Shown one piece after another: positions 59,730 to 64,000 of a stretch of DNA of 64,000 nt. The stretch is from Chiloscyllium plagiosum (taxonomy: Eukaryota). Position 1 is the first letter of the stretch; the number at the start of each line of letters is the position of its first letter. Location of the stretch: positions 73,025,446 to 73,089,445 of the forward strand of contig NC_057719.1 in assembly GCF_004010195.1 (NCBI RefSeq), written 5' to 3'. The position numbers and the translations under genes were made by a program. The notes beneath the pieces were generated by a model. That model was not told the DNA's origin. It did no database searches and saw nothing but the letters and a program-made list of their open reading frames with translations.

Positions 59730-60659
59730 AGATTGACTGGTCGAGTTTGTCAGGAACATAGCTAAGTTGGGTCAGTGTGACTGATAGGGGGAAGTTTCAG
59801 TCTTTAGTTATCCATTTTAATCTGACCAAACTTTCCTGGATAATTAACCAGCAGAACTGTTCAGAGAGTTTCAGGAAGGGAGGGAATTGTCTGTCAGAAG
59901 TTCAAATTCCTGCAATTCTCACAGAGTTAAGTGTGTGAAAATCTCTTTAGATGTTACGAATCACATCTTGGACCAACAAACCGTACACCAGGAGATATGT
60001 GCCATAAATTCAACAAAGAACATCCAATAACAATAAAAATTGTTCTATCTTAAACCTTGCATTACAGCCTGATAAAAATCTGACTTCAAGCCTTCAAAGT
60101 CCCACAAGGTGGGAAAATAAAAGTGCACAGCATCAACTCAATTTCCATTTCTGGATAAAAAAGTGACAAGGTGCTTTTCAAATTCATTGTCATTTTATCC
60201 TACAGAAACTGGGCCATGCCATCATTTAAGTCAGACTTAAGTGAACATGAACTTATTTTCAATTTGCAGCTGTCAACTATGAACAGAAAGAGATAGCACC
60301 TTTCACAACCTCAGGATCATCTAAAAGCACTTTCAGATAGTATCAACAGCTTGTGATAGAAACAGATTGGTCATCTAATACCAGGTGTCAGACAACAGTG
60401 TTAAATCACATGTATTGGAGAGGTCAAGGGGGTCTAGTGCTGAGGTAGACATGGGTTTCATCAACATATATACAAAATCTGAAGTTGTATTGAATGGAGG
60501 TCCAAAGTGAGTTGTAGGTCAAGATATGCAATGACATTAAGATGTCATTAATGCACTCAGAAATTAGTCTTAATTGTTAATGAAATACTGTCTTTTAAAT
60601 CTGAAGGTTTAGAATACAAACAGTAGAAGCTATGCTATAACATCTTGATTTTTTAAAAG

Positions 60660-62370
60660 TTTCTTTTATGGAATATAAACAACAAGGCTTGCACTTGTTA
60701 CTCTTTCCCGGTTAACTCTTGAGAAGGTGTGGATGTGCTGCCTTCATGGATGACACGGTCTACCTACTCTCCTTACCCCATAATGCTTTATAGTGCATAG
60801 GAAGGGAATTAAAGAATTAAAGCCTTTATCCTTTGTTATGGTAGAAGTTTTATTGGAAATGTACAATCACAGTAAATTTGGAGGTTTGCTAAAGTACTTC
60901 TTGAATATGATATATACTGCAGCGACCTGTGTGTCAGTAGTGAATAATCTGCATATCTATAATTGCACCAATCTTAAGTGGTTGCTTTTTGTTGAATGGT
61001 GTCAAGTTTCTTGAGTGTTGTTGGAGCAACATTCACCTGAAAAGTGGAGGATATTCTATTAAACTCCTGGCTGGTGTTTTCGAGATACTGGGAAGGCTTC
61101 AGGAAGTAAAGAGGTAAGTTCCTGGTTGCAGAATTCTCATGTATTGACTTGCTCTGATAGTCATAGTATTAATATGGCTCATCCAGTTAAGTTTTTGATC
61201 AACTTTTTTTAATTTACTCATAGGATGTGGGCATCTCTGGCTGACCAGCGTTTATTGTCCAACAAAAAATTATTCTTGAGAAGATGGTGCTGAGCTGCCT
61301 TCTTAAATCACTCTGCTGCAGATAGACCTACAATACACTTAGAGAGGGAATTCCACAATTTTGATTCAGTGACAGTGAAGGAATGGCAATACATAGCCAA
61401 ATCAGGATGGTGAATAGCTTTGGGGAGAACTTGCAGGAGATGGTGTTTCCATGTCTCTGCTGCTCTTGTCCTTCTATATGGAAGTAGTCTTAGGTTTAGA
61501 AGCTGCTGTCTGAGAATCTTTGGTGAATTTCTGTTGTGCATAATACACATTGCTGCTACTGAGCATTTGTGGTGGAGGGAGTGGATCCGTTTCGATCTGG
61601 TACCAAACAAATGGATTGCTTTGTCCTGGATGGCATAAAGCTTCTTAAGTGTTGTTGGAGCTGTAGCCATCCAGTGTATTCCATCACATTCCTGACTTGT
61701 CCCTTCTCGATGGTGGACAAGCTTTGAGGTGAGTTACTTGCTGCAGTATTCCTGGCCTCTGACTTGCTCTTGTAACCACAGTGTCGGTATAAATAGTCAG
61801 ATCAATTTTTAATCCCACAGGATGTTGATCGTGGAGATTTGGTGATGGTAACACCATTGGATGTCAATTGGTGATAGTTAGATTCTCTCTTGTTGGAGAT
61901 GCTCATTTCCTGGCACTTGTGTAGTGTGAATGTTACTTGCCGTTTGTCAGCCCAAACTTTGATATTGTCCAGGTCTTGCTGCATTTGGGCATGTACTGAT
62001 TCCTTATATGATCAGTCATAAGTGGTGCTGAACATTGTGGAGGATATACCCTGTACAGATTTCCATATTGTTGGTGAGATGTTAGTGTTGTAGATGTACT
62101 GGGGATCCCTAGCCAACAAGTCCTTCAGTGAGACTTGAGTAGTGTGGGAGATCATGCCAACACTGGATATAATAAAGACCATGCATTCTGCCATCTTGAC
62201 AGTAGTACTGAAGATTGGGCTGCAGAACTATCAATCTGGTGAAGCTACAATACACGACAATTGCCTACTGCTTTTGTTATTTTGTGGCAATTAATGTAGC
62301 TTCACCAGGTTGGCATCTCATCGTTAAATAAGCCTGGTGATGCTTCTGGCATAATCTCCCGCACTCTTCA
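60660..62370 (-). mobile_element. Two CR1-group LINE remnants (second family): ~60660-61200 and ~61205-62370
   Basis: ORFs 61308-61670 (APTTLKKLYAIQDKA) and 61802-61984 (MQQDLDNIKVWADKRQVTF..KCQ.M.ISNKRES). Confidence 0.8.
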
Positions 62371-62827
62371 GTCGGTTCTAGTGCTGTCTCTGAGCTAGGT
62401 TATCCAGGTTAAAGTGTCACTCCAGATTGTGTTGAATGGGATATCCCTGAAGCAGTTTAAAAGATCGATCATTTGTCTAATAATCCATCCAACCCTTCCT
62501 TACTATTCTCCAAAGACTGAAAATGGTATATGAAAATGTAAAACAAACAAATAGAAGTTGTGCTTCAGCTGTACAAAGAAATTAGCTGATACCTGGAATA
62601 CTATGTTCAGATCTAGGCAAAACCTGCTTTGAAGAATGTATTGGCTTTTAAGGGGGTTCAGCATAAATCTACCCACATTCTTAGACTCCAGGAGTTAACT
62701 TGCAAGGGAAAGATTTAACAAAATTGTTCTGTATTCTGTGTTTGTAGAATGTCATGACGTAATATGATAAAAGTTTTCAAAATTTTAAAGGAACAGCTAG
62801 GCCAGACTGGACATAGAGAAATTAGGA

Positions 62828-63039
62828 GGGTGCTGCTGGAAAACCACAGCCAGTCAGGCAGCATCCGAGGAGCAGGAAAATCGACATTTCGGGCAAAAGC
62901 CCTTCATCAGGATGTTCCTGAAGATTTTTTTGCCCAAAATGTCGATTTTCATGCTCCTCGGATGCTGCCTGACCGGCTGTGGTTTTCCAGCACCACACTC
63001 TTGGCTCTAATCTCCAGTATCTGCAGTCCTCACTTTCGC
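62828..63039. mobile_element. Inverted pair of family A PLE pseudo-LTRs with a 16-bp TSD
   Basis: Arms ~62836-62911 and 62917-62990 are reverse complements; TSD catagagaaattagga (62812-62827, 63040-63055). Confidence 0.9.
62883..62910 (-). ncRNA. Minimal type-I hammerhead ribozyme motif
   Basis: CUGAUGA-A-GGGC(UUUU)GCCC-GAAA-UG-UC; stem I AUC/GAU; stem III AUGU can pair only as a dimer. Confidence 0.65.
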
Positions 63040-63111
63040 CATAGAGAAATTAGGACTTGGGGCATAGTCAATAAATTAGTGCAGGAGTGAAAACTGCCTC
63101 ACACAAAAGTA

Positions 63112-63464
63112 TCAGAATCATAGAGTCCATACAGTGTGGAAACAGGCCCTTCGACCCAACAAGTCCACACCGACCCTCCGAAGAGTAATCTACCCAGACC
63201 AATTCCCCTATCCTATTTCTTTACATTTACCCCTGACTAAAGCACCTAACCTACACATTCCTGAACACTATGGACAATTTAGCTTGGCCGATTCACCTAA
63301 CCTGCACGTCTTTGGACTGTGAGAGGAAACCGGAGCAATCGGAGGAAACCCAAGCAGACACGGGGAGAATGTGCAAACTCCACACGGACAGTTGCCTGAG
63401 GGCAGAATCAAACCTGGGTCCCTGGTGCTGTGAGGCAGCAGTGCTAACCACTGAGCCACCATGG
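63112..63464 (-). mobile_element. Full-length HE1-like SINE
   Basis: Minus strand A-box GGTGGCTCAGTGG, B-box GGTTTGATTC, V-domain, CR1-type tail. Confidence 0.93.
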
Positions 63465-63836
63465 TGAACGAATTCTTTTCCGAAATTGTTACCAGATTAA
63501 TTGTTAATTTTAAAACTGAATTTGATGCGTCTTAGTTAGCCAAAGGTATTAAGGGATATAGGTTAAAGCTGGATTTATGGGGTTAGGTTGCAATCATTGA
63601 ATGTTGGAACAGCTTAAGGATTTAAACAGCCTACACCTGCTTCAGTGTTTTTGTGAAACATTAAAATATTTTTCATCACTTCCTCTAATGTTACGGGAGC
63701 CAAGAGTTGATCAATATATTGGATGGTGACTGACAATAACAACATTTTGTAAAACACAGAAAGTCCATTCATGGGCAAAATAAAATGTAGGCTAAACTGT
63801 CACCTGTTTTATTTATTCTGCCCTACTTAATGATGG

Positions 63837-63952
63837 AGGAGAAAGTGAGGTCTGCAGATGCTGGAGATCAGAGCTGGAAATGTGTTGCTGGAAAGGCAGC
63901 ATCCAGGGAACAGGAGAATTGACGTTTCGGGCATAAGCCCTTCTTCAGGAAC
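63837..63952 (-). mobile_element. PLE pseudo-LTR fragment, family A, with 15-bp flanking duplication
   Basis: gagaaagtgaggtctgcagatgctgg..; cctacttaatgatgg at 63822-63836 and 63982-63996. Confidence 0.88.
63921..63948 (-). ncRNA. Minimal type-I hammerhead ribozyme motif, catalytic core intact
   Basis: CUGAAGA-A-GGGC(UUAU)GCCC-GAAA-CG-UC with palindromic stem III ACGU; predicted cleavage 3' of the C at 63921. Confidence 0.7.
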
Positions 63953-64000
63953 TCATTGTGCAATGAGTTGTCATTACACTGCCTACTTAATGATGGCAGT

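Larger units (their letters stand above)
62520..63650 (+). mobile_element. Old CR1 3' part hosting PLE and HE1 insertions
   Basis: LQLYKEI..LEYYVQI, MIKVFKILK; aaaggtattaagggatat..cctacacctgct 3' UTR. Confidence 0.65.

Noticed and set aside
59042..59946. Possible MITE with GAGATTT/AAATCTC termini and a G-rich interior
   Set aside because: The inverted match is only ~7 bp, the flanks give no TSD, and there is no second copy to confirm it.

Overview
Eukaryotic, repeat-rich vertebrate DNA, almost certainly from a cartilaginous fish (shark). The basis is HE1-like tRNA/V-SINEs with their CR1 partner LINEs, Deu-domain SINEs, L2 and Rex1/Babar LINEs and Penelope-like elements (PLEs). No intact, recognisable host protein-coding gene, rRNA, tRNA or CRISPR array is supported. 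Nearly all ORFs in the supplied track are decayed transposon ORFs, their antisense shadows, or products of a 63-bp tandem repeat. Main points: (1) about 15 short PLE pseudo-LTR insertions of three families carry minimal type-I hammerhead ribozyme motifs (two cores near-intact), often with 9-16 bp target duplications and fold-back junctions; (2) a ~2.2 kb non-autonomous element with a Rex1-type tail carries a ~27 x 63 bp minisatellite; (3) a Harbinger transposase pseudogene is split by a nested CR1 stack with a 120-bp direct duplication; (4) a decayed A-rich coding relic ends in an RNase H-like motif; (5) a candidate unannotated minus-strand 3-exon micro-protein gene starts from a CpG-retaining promoter-like patch; (6) there are several enhancer-like unique blocks and a strong CTCF motif. 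Family names come from motif recognition only. No searches were run, and the boundaries of old repeats are approximate.
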